From assembly GCA_963845565.1 (NCBI GenBank), contig CAWJSJ010000002.1, forward strand, positions 1,984,001-2,048,000: DNA of 64,000 nt, given 5' to 3'. How positions within the stretch are numbered: the first letter of the stretch is position 1; the number at the start of each line of letters is the position of its first letter. The DNA comes from an uncultured Methylomirabilota bacterium. Its GTDB lineage: Bacteria > Methylomirabilota > Methylomirabilia > Methylomirabilales > 2-02-FULL-66-22. The notes beneath the pieces are model-generated. The model made no database searches. It was given only the letters and a program-made list of their open reading frames with translations, and was not told the origin of the DNA. Of the stretch, positions 55,651 through 64,000 are shown one piece after another. A program made the translations under genes and the position numbers.

Positions 55651-57384
55651 ATGAACTGGCAGTTGACGGAGAAGGCGCGAAAGCGCTTGGCGGCGGAGAC
55701 GGGCGCAGTCGTCAAAGACTGGGGCGGCCGCCTGCGGGTGGCGCTGGTCTTCCCCAACACCTATTACGTGGGGATGTCCAACCTTGGTTTCCAGACGATC
55801 TACGGGGTCCTCAATCGGCGGCCCGAGATTGTCTGCGAGCGGGCGTTCCTGCCGGACCCGGACGACCTTCCGATCCACGAAGGGCATCGGGTCCCAGTCC
55901 TGAGCCTGGAAACCCAGCGGCCCCTCTCAGAGTTCGATTGCGTTGCGTTCTCTACCACCTACGAGAACGACTACCTGAATCTCCTCCGGATCCTGGAGCT
56001 TTCGGGGATTCCGGTCCAGGCGCAGGATCGGGGTCCGGGTGATCCGCTGGTCAGCATGGGCGGCGTGTGCGCCTGGGCCAATCCCGAGCCGCTGGCCGCC
56101 TTCATGGACTGGTTCTTTCTGGGGGAGGGAGAGGAGTCCGGGCCCGAGGCGTTCGCGCTCTGGCAGCGAGTGCGGGAGGCGGAGCGCGATCCGGCGTCGG
56201 CTCGGCAGGCGTTCTTTCGGGCACTCCTCGGCGTGGAGGGCATCTACGTCCCCGCGGCCTACGAGGTTCGGTATCGCGGCGACGGCACGGTGGCGGAGGT
56301 TGTGCCTCGGGAGGGCGCGCCCCTGCCGGTCCGGAAGCGGCGGCTCGCGCAAGCGGACGCGTTCGACACCGTGTCGGTGATCCGAACGCAGGACACCGAG
56401 TTCGGCTCCATGGGGCTCCTGGAAGTGGGGAAGGGCTGCGGCCGGGGCTGCCGCTTCTGCATGGAGGGAGAGATCTACCGCCCCGTCCGGCACCGCCACA
56501 TCCCGGCCATCCTGCGCGCCGCCGAGACGGCCAAGCAGCACGGGTCCCGGATCGGCCTGGTGGGGGCCTGCGTGTCCGACTACCCGTGGATCGACGAGTT
56601 GGTCGCTGCGCTGCGGGCGCGTGGGGTGAGCATCTCGCTCTCGTCGGTGCGGGCCGACAGTCTGAGCCCGGGCCTCGTCAAGGGATTGCTGGAGAGCGGC
56701 ACCCAGACGCTTACCATCGCGCCCGAGGCTGGGACGGAGCGCCTCCGGACGGTCATTCACAAGAGCCTGAGCGAACAGCGCCTGTTCGAGGCGATCGACC
56801 TGATTGCCGCGTCCGGCGTCCCACGGGTGAAGCTCTACTTCATGATCGGCCAGCCGACCGAGACGGCGGAGGACGTCGAGGGCATCATGCACCTGGCCAA
56901 GACCGCACGGCACCGCATCCTCAAGGCGCGGCGCGATCCCGCGTCGCTGGCGGAGCTCACGGTGGGGGTCAGCTCCTTCGTCCCCAAGCCCTGGACCGCA
57001 TTTCAGTGGTGCGCCATGGCGGACGTGAAGGCGCTGGACGAGAAGATCCGGACGCTGACGCGGGAACTGCGCCCCGTGGGGATCCACCTCACCCACGACG
57101 TTCCCAAGTGGGCCTATCTCCAAGGGGTCCTGGCGCGGGGCGACCGACAGGTCGGGGAGCTGCTCCTGCTGGCTCTGGCGTACAAGGGGGACTGGCGGCG
57201 GGCGTTCCGCGAATGGCCGCGAAACCCGGACTTCTACGCATGTCGGGAGCGCCCGCTGTCGGAGCGGTTTCCCTGGGATCATTTCGACGTCGGGACGAAG
57301 CGGGATCGGCTGGAGACGGAGTACCAACGGGCGATGGGGCTTGTGCCCGAGCGGACGATCCAGTGGAAGGCGGCGCTGGCATGA
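55651..57384 (+). CDS. B12-binding-type radical SAM protein
   Basis: FPNTYYVGMSNLG, GCGRGCRFC, TIAPEAG, KLYFMIG, FVPKPWTAFQW. Confidence 0.85.
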   Translation: MNWQLTEKARKRLAAETGAVVKDWGGRLRVALVFPNTYYVGMSNLGFQTIYGVLNRRPEIVCERAFLPDPDDLPIHEGHRVPVLSLETQRPLSEFDCVAFSTTYENDYLNLLRILELSGIPVQAQDRGPGDPLVSMGGVCAWANPEPLAAFMDWFFLGEGEESGPEAFALWQRVREAERDPASARQAFFRALLGVEGIYVPAAYEVRYRGDGTVAEVVPREGAPLPVRKRRLAQADAFDTVSVIRTQDTEFGSMGLLEVGKGCGRGCRFCMEGEIYRPVRHRHIPAILRAAETAKQHGSRIGLVGACVSDYPWIDELVAALRARGVSISLSSVRADSLSPGLVKGLLESGTQTLTIAPEAGTERLRTVIHKSLSEQRLFEAIDLIAASGVPRVKLYFMIGQPTETAEDVEGIMHLAKTARHRILKARRDPASLAELTVGVSSFVPKPWTAFQWCAMADVKALDEKIRTLTRELRPVGIHLTHDVPKWAYLQGVLARGDRQVGELLLLALAYKGDWRRAFREWPRNPDFYACRERPLSERFPWDHFDVGTKRDRLETEYQRAMGLVPERTIQWKAALA

Positions 57385-58232
57385 CGGACGCGAGGGTTCG
57401 AGCAATGGGCGCGGCGACCGTGATGCAAGCGGCGATCCTGGATTCATCGGACGGAATCGTCCATGCCTTCAGCACCAGGCAAGGCGGGGTGAGCAAGCCG
57501 CCCTTTGCGGCGCTCAACCTGGGGCAGAGCGTGGGCGACGACCCGGTGGCGGTGGAGGAGAACCGGCGGCGGTTCTTTGGCGGCTTCGGCATCGCCGCCA
57601 CGCGCGTCGTTCGAGCGAAACAGGTCCACGGGGACGGCGTCCTGCGGGTGGACGCGGAGCTCGTCGGGCGAACGGGTTTCCCGCGCTCCCTTGTGGACGA
57701 GCCGGCCGAATTCGACGCGCTGATCACCAACGTGCCAGGTTTGGCCCTGGTCGTCTCCACGGCGGATTGCCTGCCGATCCTGATCCATGACCCGATCCGC
57801 CGGGCAGTGGCGGCGGTCCACGCCGGATGGCGCGGGACGGCTAAAGGAATTGCGGCGCGGGCGCTCGTGGCGATGGGCGAGGCATACGGGACGGACGCCG
57901 GCGATTGCCGCGCGGCGATCGGGCCCGGGATTCGTCGCTGCTGTTTCGAGGTGGATGCCGCCGTGACCGAGGCGATGGCCGCCGCCCTGCCAAACTGGGG
58001 ACGGCACGCGACGGCGAACCGGGCCGGCCACTGGCTGCTGGATATCGCCGGGATCAACCGGGCGCTCCTGGAATCGGCCGGGCTTCGCCCCGACCGGATC
58101 GAGGACGTGGGCCTGTGCACGAGTTGCCGAAACGATCTGTTCTTCTCGCACCGGGCGGAAAAAGGGCGAACCGGACGGATGATGAATTTCATCTTGCTCA
58201 AGGAAGAAGAGGACCGACAGGGGCAGCGATAG
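57381..58232 (+). CDS. pgeF: Peptidoglycan editing factor / YfiH family
   Basis: FSTRQGG, QVHG, TADCLP, HAGWRG, IGPGI..CCFEV, FFSHR. Confidence 0.88.
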   Translation: MTDARVRAMGAATVMQAAILDSSDGIVHAFSTRQGGVSKPPFAALNLGQSVGDDPVAVEENRRRFFGGFGIAATRVVRAKQVHGDGVLRVDAELVGRTGFPRSLVDEPAEFDALITNVPGLALVVSTADCLPILIHDPIRRAVAAVHAGWRGTAKGIAARALVAMGEAYGTDAGDCRAAIGPGIRRCCFEVDAAVTEAMAAALPNWGRHATANRAGHWLLDIAGINRALLESAGLRPDRIEDVGLCTSCRNDLFFSHRAEKGRTGRMMNFILLKEEEDRQGQR

Positions 58233-58314
58233 CGGCACGAAACAGGACGGGGAAGGGGTTGACCCAGACCGGTGTTCGCTGTCGGGTCTCTCTGTCACCC
58301 CGCGGGAGGACACC

Positions 58315-59268
58315 ATGCTGATCAAGCGCGCGCCGATGTTCAAGGCGTCCGAAATCACGGACTACCGGTTGTACCTCAATCGTCGGGAGTTCATGCTGGG
58401 GGCGGCCGCCCTGGCCCTGACGCCGTCGGTGGCGTCGGCGGGCGCGGCACCGGCTGCGGGGCAGCCATTGAAAGCGGCGAAGAACGAGAAGTTTAGCCTG
58501 TCCGAGAAGATGACCTCCTTCAAGGAGGCGACCACGTATAACAACTTCTACGAGTTCGGCGTCGACAAGGAGGACCCGGTCAGGTACGCGCACATGCTCA
58601 AGCCGCGCCCCTGGACGGTCCAGGTGGACGGCCTGGTCCACAAGCCCAAGAAGTACGACATCGAGGAGATCCTCCGGTTTCCCCTGGAGGAGCGGGTCTA
58701 CTCGCTCCGGTGCGTCGAGGCATGGTCCATGGTGATTCCGTGGATCGGTTTTCCACTGGCCCTCCTCCTCAAGCAGGTGGAACCCACGGGCAAGGCCAAG
58801 TTCGTGGAGTTCACGACGCTCAAGGACCCGGAGCAATTCCCGGGGCAGAAGCCGAACCTCTTCGGTGGGTCTGCGGTCGAGTGGCCGTACGTGGAGGGCC
58901 TCCGGCTGGATGAGGCGATGCACCCGCTGACGCTGCTCACGGTCGGGATGTACGGCCAGGTCCTGCCGAACCAGAACGGCGCGCCGCTCCGCATCGTCGT
59001 GCCGTGGAAATACGGCTTCAAGAGCGGCAAGTCGCTGGTACACATCCGTCTGACCGAGGAGCAACCCAAGACGGCGTGGGAGAAGGCGGCGCCGCAGGAG
59101 TACGGGTTTTACTCCAACGTCAACCCGACCGTGGATCACCCGCGCTGGAGCCAGGCGACGGAGCGACGGATCGGCGAGTTCATGCGGCGCAAGACGCTCA
59201 TGTTCAACGGTTACGCCGACCAGGTCGCGTCGCTGTACGCGGGGATGGATCTGAAGAAGAACTACTGA
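58315..59268 (+). CDS. msrP: Protein-methionine-sulfoxide reductase catalytic subunit
   Basis: NRREFM Tat signal, [41 protein letters not shown]. Confidence 0.95.
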   Translation: MLIKRAPMFKASEITDYRLYLNRREFMLGAAALALTPSVASAGAAPAAGQPLKAAKNEKFSLSEKMTSFKEATTYNNFYEFGVDKEDPVRYAHMLKPRPWTVQVDGLVHKPKKYDIEEILRFPLEERVYSLRCVEAWSMVIPWIGFPLALLLKQVEPTGKAKFVEFTTLKDPEQFPGQKPNLFGGSAVEWPYVEGLRLDEAMHPLTLLTVGMYGQVLPNQNGAPLRIVVPWKYGFKSGKSLVHIRLTEEQPKTAWEKAAPQEYGFYSNVNPTVDHPRWSQATERRIGEFMRRKTLMFNGYADQVASLYAGMDLKKNY

Positions 59269-59425
59269 CCAGCGGGCAGGGAGCAGCAGCCAGGAGGCAG
59301 CGGGCGGCGCATCAGCAGAGAGGACATCGAATGATGGCGAGCCGCGAGCCGCGAGCCGCGAAGGAATGCCCGGCGCCGAGCGCCAAGCGCCGGAACGCGA
59401 GCCGGAGGCGGGAGGGCGCTTCCGC

Positions 59426-60061
59426 ATGAGCCGCCGCGGACGCATCGCGCTAAAGGCGATCGCATGGGTACTCTGTCTCCTGCCGCTCGCGGTGTTGATC
59501 CATCTTGCCGTGCAGGGCGAGTTGGGGGCGAACCCGATCAGTTTTGTCACCAACTGGCTCGGGCAATGGACGTTCCGGCTGCTCCTGGTCAGCCTGGCCC
59601 TCACGCCGCTTCGCATCCTGTTCGGCCTTGCCTGGCCGCTCCAGCTCCGCCGCTTGGTCGGTCTTTTTGCCTTCTGCTACGCGTGCCTCCACCTCAGCGT
59701 CTGGGTCGTTCTCGACCACTACTTCGACTGGGGCGAGATGTGGACCGACCTCCTCAAGCGCCGCTACATCACAGCCGGGATGGCGGCGCTGACCCTTCTC
59801 GTGCCGCTGGCCGCGACCTCCACCGGGGGCATGGTGCGCCGGTTAGGCGGCGCGGCCTGGCGACGTCTCCACAGGCTCGTCTATCTCGTCGCCGTTCTGG
59901 CGGCGCTCCACTTCCTCTGGCTGGCCAAGGCGGTCCGTTCCGAGCAATACGTGTACGCCGCGATCGTGGCGCTGCTCCTCGGGATCCGACTCTGGGATTC
60001 CGTGCGTCGCCGACTCCGGCGACGCCGGGTTCCCGTAACAACGCGCCCCTCTCCCGCCTGA
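59426..60061 (+). CDS. msrQ: Methionine-sulfoxide reductase heme-binding subunit
   Basis: LALTPLR, RRLVGL..F.YA.LH, PLAATS, WRRLHRLVY. Confidence 0.92.
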   Translation: MSRRGRIALKAIAWVLCLLPLAVLIHLAVQGELGANPISFVTNWLGQWTFRLLLVSLALTPLRILFGLAWPLQLRRLVGLFAFCYACLHLSVWVVLDHYFDWGEMWTDLLKRRYITAGMAALTLLVPLAATSTGGMVRRLGGAAWRRLHRLVYLVAVLAALHFLWLAKAVRSEQYVYAAIVALLLGIRLWDSVRRRLRRRRVPVTTRPSPA

Positions 60062-60132
60062 CGTTCGGATTGACCCTCCAGTACCCGATTCGGCCCCGTT
60101 CGTCCGCCCCATACAACCCGCCATACTGGCGA

Positions 60133-60161
60133 TTGACAATACTAATGCATAACGTTAGTAT
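60133..60161 (+). promoter_or_regulatory. higBA promoter with inverted-repeat operator
   Basis: TTGACA-17-TAGTAT; ATACTAA/TTAGTAT inverted repeat; ATG 6 nt after -10 (probably leaderless). Confidence 0.75.
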
Positions 60162-60167
60162 CCGTTT

Positions 60168-60449
60168 ATGCCGATCCGTTCGTTCAAGTGCGCCGATACA
60201 CAAGGCCTGTTTGGCGGCGAACGCGTCAAGCGGTTCGTGAGTATCGAGCCCGTGGCTATGCGCAAGCTGGCAATGCTGAACCAGGTCGGAAGACTCGAGG
60301 ACCTACGCGTGCCGCCAGGTAACCGGTTGGAGGTCTTGAAAGGCGACCGCACCGGGCAGTACAGCATCCGTGTCAACGACCAGTTCCGCGTATGCTTTGT
60401 GTGGACGACGAATGGCCCGAAGGGCGTTGAGATCGTGGACTACCACTGA
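60168..60449 (+). CDS. higB: HigB-family toxin
   Basis: IRSFK, DLRVPPGNRLE.LKGDR.GQYSIRVNDQFRVCF, VEIVDYH. Confidence 0.9.
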   Translation: MPIRSFKCADTQGLFGGERVKRFVSIEPVAMRKLAMLNQVGRLEDLRVPPGNRLEVLKGDRTGQYSIRVNDQFRVCFVWTTNGPKGVEIVDYH

Positions 60450-60460
60450 TGGGGGTCATC

Positions 60461-60777
60461 ATGCGCAAAGTTCCCTACCCGCACCCCGGTGAAATTCTGC
60501 TGGAAGAATTCCTGAAGCCCATGGGCATCACGCAGTACCGGCTGGCCAAGGAGGTAGGTGTGCCGCAACGCCGCATCGGCGAGATCGTGACCGGCGCGCG
60601 TGGCGTCAGCGCCGATCAGGCCTGCGTCTGTCGCGATTCTTCGGTATGTCCGATGATTTCTGGATCGGCCTGCAGATGGACTACGATGCGGCCAAGGCCA
60701 AGGATTCCCTCGCCAAGACGCTGGCGAGTATCAAGCCGTGGACCCGGGGCGCGGTTCATTCGAAAACCCCGGCCTAG
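60461..60777 (+). CDS. higA: HigA-family antitoxin; frameshift near 60616
   Basis: HPGEILLEEFLKPMGITQYRLA; LRLSRFFGMSDDFWIGLQMDYD in shifted frame. Confidence 0.85.
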
Positions 60778-60834
60778 CCAGCGCCTCGAGCCGATGGCGC
60801 TGCGGGCTCCGACTTAGCCGCCGCATCGTTGGTG
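60772..60834 (+). other. Degenerate attC-like site
   Basis: GCCTAGC-CAGCGCCTCGAGCCGA...GTTGGTG, similar to the attC start at 27045. Confidence 0.45.
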
Positions 60835-60864
60835 CGAGTCATAGAGGCAAGAGGGTCGTTACCG

Positions 60865-61107
60865 GTGAAAACAACCAAGTATTTTGAGTATATGCGGCAG
60901 AGGCCCGACCGGGCTATAATCCAGGAAGAGTGGATATCGCGTGTGATCGAGCACGCTGAGCACACGGAACTGCAGTCGGACCGAAGAGTACGGAAGTGGG
61001 CATGGATTCCGGAAGCTGGCAAGTATCTGCGAGTGATTCTCCTCGATGATGGCGAAACGGTCCACAATGCCTTCTTCGACAGGTCGTACAAGGAGAAGTC
61101 CCTATGA
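60865..61107 (+). CDS. Putative toxin (DUF4258-like partner of DUF2283)
   Basis: KTTKYF..RPDR..I..EWI, YLRVILLDDGETVHNAFFDR; overlaps next gene. Confidence 0.7.
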   Translation: MKTTKYFEYMRQRPDRAIIQEEWISRVIEHAEHTELQSDRRVRKWAWIPEAGKYLRVILLDDGETVHNAFFDRSYKEKSL

Positions 61108-61328
61108 AAGTCCGATTCTTTTCAGATACCGATACGGCCCTGGTTGAGTTCACCAATAACGAGGTCGCCGAGACAAAGGAGATCGGCGAGAACATCTTCC
61201 TCGACCTCGACCGCCAGGGCAACCTCGTGAGCATGACGATAGAGCATGCCCGGACCAATGCCAGGCTGCAGGAGTTCTCTTACCAGGAAGTAGCAGGCCA
61301 AGCGCAGAGCCGCCAGACCACCGCGTGA
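61104..61328 (+). CDS. DUF2283 family protein (putative antitoxin)
   Basis: MKVRFFSDTDTAL..., DLDRQGNLVSMTIEHA. Confidence 0.8.
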   Translation: MKVRFFSDTDTALVEFTNNEVAETKEIGENIFLDLDRQGNLVSMTIEHARTNARLQEFSYQEVAGQAQSRQTTA

Positions 61329-61361
61329 ACCAGCCGCTCGGGGACAATCTAGTCGCTCCCC

Positions 61362-61780
61362 TCAGCCTTTTTCCGCCGAGGACTTTCGGCCCTGCTCCGC
61401 GAGGAGCTTTTGCAGATCCGCGAGCGACTTGGATTGCGAGGAGCCTTCAATCGCCTTCTCGGCAATTTCCTGGACCTTTTGGTACGCGGACTCGAGTTGC
61501 TTGGACAGCTTCGCGCTCTGGTCGCTTAGGTCCTTGTTCATCTTTTCCAGCGCGTCGGTGCGCGCCGCAAAGACGTTGCGTTCGCCCTCGAATTCCTTAC
61601 GAAGCAACTCCTCGCAATTCTTGGCCTCCAGCTTCAGCCGGTCGGCCACCTCCTTGACCGCTTTGTCCACCGCGGATTCCAACTCCTTCGGGAAAAGCGC
61701 GGCCCGCTGTCTGAAATCGGTCACCTCTTTCTCGTGCACGGCCACAGCCTTCTCCCGCTCGGCCAGTTCCTTCACGGTAT
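61362..61780 (-). pseudogene. C-terminal fragment of a coiled-coil protein
   Basis: Charged helical KELAEREK...FPKELE...AYQKVQEIAEKAIEG with no start of its own. Confidence 0.55.
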
Positions 61781-61801
61781 CCCCGGAACCCCAACAGGTG
61801 C

Positions 61802-62284
61802 TCAGGGCGCCGACGTGTCTGTCATTTCGAGCGCGGTGGAAATGTCGATGCAACCGCGCAAACTCCGCGCGACCGGACAATTCTCCGCGTGGAATCCGAG
61901 CACCCGTTCGGCCGTCTCGCGCCGCGCCGGATCCAGCGTCAGGTGGTAGGTCACATGGATCCGACGGATGATCAGCACCTTTCCGTCGAGCTCGACTTCT
62001 CCCGTCGCGTCCGAGGTCAGCAGTCCCTCCCCGGCTGGGATCCCGCGCGCCTCCAGCGCGCCCCCGAAGGTGCCAGTGAGTCACCCGGCGGCGGCCGCCA
62101 CGATGTAATCCAGCGTAGCGGCGCGAGGGGCGTGGACGCTCGGGTCGACCCCATAGTGCTGGGCAATCGCCGAGTGGACCCCAAAGAGGACCGGCCGCTC
62201 CTCGGCCGGCAGGTAGGCCCGGCGCAGGGGTCCCTTTACGCGCTCGATGCGTACCGTGGATCGATAGGCCACCGGATCGCTCAT
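61802..62284 (-). CDS. OsmC-like selenoprotein (Sec at UGA 62081-62083)
   Basis: TLDYIVAAAAG-UGA-LTGTFGGALEARGI...RIHVTY...HAENCPVARSL in one frame; GAGGAG RBS. Confidence 0.82.
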
Positions 62285-62429
62285 CGTATTCTCCTCACTA
62301 TTCGGGGTTGATCGCCGGGCCGCTGCATGACCCGTGGTGCCAATGGTGGCGCTCGCTTTCTTGTGACCGGAGGGTGCGCCGGTACATCCGTATCCACTCT
62401 GCAATCGCGCGATGCCGTCTCTGCCACCG

Positions 62430-63728
62430 TCACATCAACGACGGCAACCAGAGCGCGATCGATGGAACGGCCGTGAGCAGGAGGACGACACAAAGGCAGA
62501 TGATCACGAACGGGGTCACGCCGCGGAAGATGTCGATCATCGGGACATCGGGGGCGATCTTGGCCATGACGAAGACGTTCAGGCCGATGGGCGGCGTGAG
62601 CATGGCGACCTCCTGCATCAGCGTCATGTACACCCCGAACCAGATCGGATCGAAGCCCAGGGATTTCACGACCGGAAAGACGAAGGGCAGCGTGAGCACG
62701 ATCATCCCCAGGGTGTCCAGGATCATCCCCAGGAAGATGTACATGATGGTGAAGAAGAAGAGGATGACGTATGGGTTCAGCGATTGGCGGGTGATGAAAT
62801 TGACCATGGCGGGCGTGACGTCGGTCTGGGCCAGCAGGCGGCTCATGAGGACGCCGGAGAAGAGGATGGCATAGATCATGGCGCTCACGCTGCCGGTCTG
62901 TTGCAGCGTGGTCTTGAGGTTCTGCCAGGTCAGGCGTCCCATGCAGAGGGCGACCACGACCACCGAGACTGCACCGATGGCGGAGGCCTCGGTGGGGGTA
63001 AAGACGCCCCCGTAGATCCCGCCCAGGATGGTGGCGAAGACGATCAGCGTGGGCAGCAACCGGAGTAGCGAGCGAGTGCGTTCACCCCAGGGGTACGCCG
63101 GGCCGGCAGGGCCCATCTGGGGGCTGATCAGACAGCGCACCACGATCCACCCGCAGAAGCCGATGGTCAACAGCAGGCCGGGAAGAATGCCGGCGATGAA
63201 GAGCTTGCCCACGGACGTCTCCGTCCACAGGCCGTATACGACCATCGGGATGCTGGGCGGAATCATGATGGCCAACGTCCCGGCGGAGGAGAGCGATCCC
63301 GTGGCGAGCCGATTGTCGTAGCCGTAACGCCTCATCTCCGGCATCACCATCGCCCCCATGGTAGCCACCGCGGCCACGCTGGAACCGGTGATGGCGCCAA
63401 AGGCCGCCGAGGCGATGGTGGCGGTGACGGCGATGCCTCCGGGCAGTCGCCCGAACCACTTGTACACGCAGTCGTACAGGTCGGACGCGATCCGGGTGTG
63501 AAAGGCGAGTTGGCCGACGAAGACGAACAGGGGGACGGCGATCAGCAAGAAGTTCGTTCCCATTTCCCAGGTGATCAGGAACGTCTGCATGGCCGTCTGC
63601 TGCCAGCCGACCAGAAGCACGTTGCCCACCACCGCCACGCCCACCAGGGCGTAGGCGATTGGCACCCCCAGGAACGTCAGGGCGATCATCGCGAGCAGGG
63701 CGATCGTTCCGGCGATCAGGGGGTCCAT
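62430..63728 (-). CDS. dctM: TRAP transporter large permease
   Basis: AVPLFV, GSSVAAVATMG, GTLAIMIPPS, TPTEA, LTPPIGLN. Confidence 0.92.
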   Translation of the reverse strand: MDPLIAGTIALLAMIALTFLGVPIAYALVGVAVVGNVLLVGWQQTAMQTFLITWEMGTNFLLIAVPLFVFVGQLAFHTRIASDLYDCVYKWFGRLPGGIAVTATIASAAFGAITGSSVAAVATMGAMVMPEMRRYGYDNRLATGSLSSAGTLAIMIPPSIPMVVYGLWTETSVGKLFIAGILPGLLLTIGFCGWIVVRCLISPQMGPAGPAYPWGERTRSLLRLLPTLIVFATILGGIYGGVFTPTEASAIGAVSVVVVALCMGRLTWQNLKTTLQQTGSVSAMIYAILFSGVLMSRLLAQTDVTPAMVNFITRQSLNPYVILFFFTIMYIFLGMILDTLGMIVLTLPFVFPVVKSLGFDPIWFGVYMTLMQEVAMLTPPIGLNVFVMAKIAPDVPMIDIFRGVTPFVIICLCVVLLLTAVPSIALWLPSLM

Positions 63729-64000
63729 CAGATCGCCTCCTCGATGGGGGCGGCCACTGCCGGAGTGTCGGGCACGCGGCCGAAGATCTCCAGCAGGAAC
63801 CGAACGGTCAGGATGAGGCCGCACAGTCCCATGAAGAGGGCGAAGGGCCAATACGGCAGGTTGATCATCTCGGCGCCCTGGTTGAAACGATACATCTCCA
63901 GGGTGCTGGCGAAGGACTGATAGGTGAAGAAGGTGGCAAACACGAATCCGCAGAGGTTCGCGACGATGTCCGTGGCCCGCTTCAATCGGGGTCCGAACCG
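63728..64000 (-). CDS. dctQ: TRAP transporter small permease, 3' part
   Basis: TM helices with INLPYWP, directly upstream of dctM; 5' end outside window. Confidence 0.7.
   Translation of the reverse strand, partial: RFGPRLKRATDIVANLCGFVFATFFTYQSFASTLEMYRFNQGAEMINLPYWPFALFMGLCGLILTVRFLLEIFGRVPDTPAVAAPIEEAI

Overview
GC-rich bacterial chromosome segment; the gene content resembles a diderm soil or sediment lineage such as Methylomirabilota (inference only). Housekeeping blocks (nfi/nth, dinB, a branched-chain amino-acid ABC transporter, iscS, tRNA-Gln, ggt, acnA, ilvE, typA, recD2, aspA/fumC family, pgeF, msrPQ, TRAP transporter) flank two accessory regions. The first is a ~14 kb decayed integron (23.2-37.4 kb) with an internally deleted intI that is co-oriented with its cassettes, about ten attC-like sites and repeated 98-bp ORF-less cassettes. 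The second is a small toxin-antitoxin cluster at 60.1-61.3 kb. Two genes that the ORF track splits at an in-frame UGA look like selenoproteins, each with a downstream SECIS-like hairpin. One is a stand-alone PrdB/GrdB-like UxxC protein heading an operon with an AhpD-like CxxC protein, an ArsS-type radical SAM enzyme, two DedA/TVP38 proteins and an NAD(P)H disulfide reductase; this is the best candidate for an undescribed system. The other is an OsmC-like peroxidase. Several MITE/IS scars, candidate leader RNAs and many 7/8-mer intergenic repeat tracts are also present. Single-base frameshifts occur even in housekeeping genes, so some pseudogene calls may be assembly indels.
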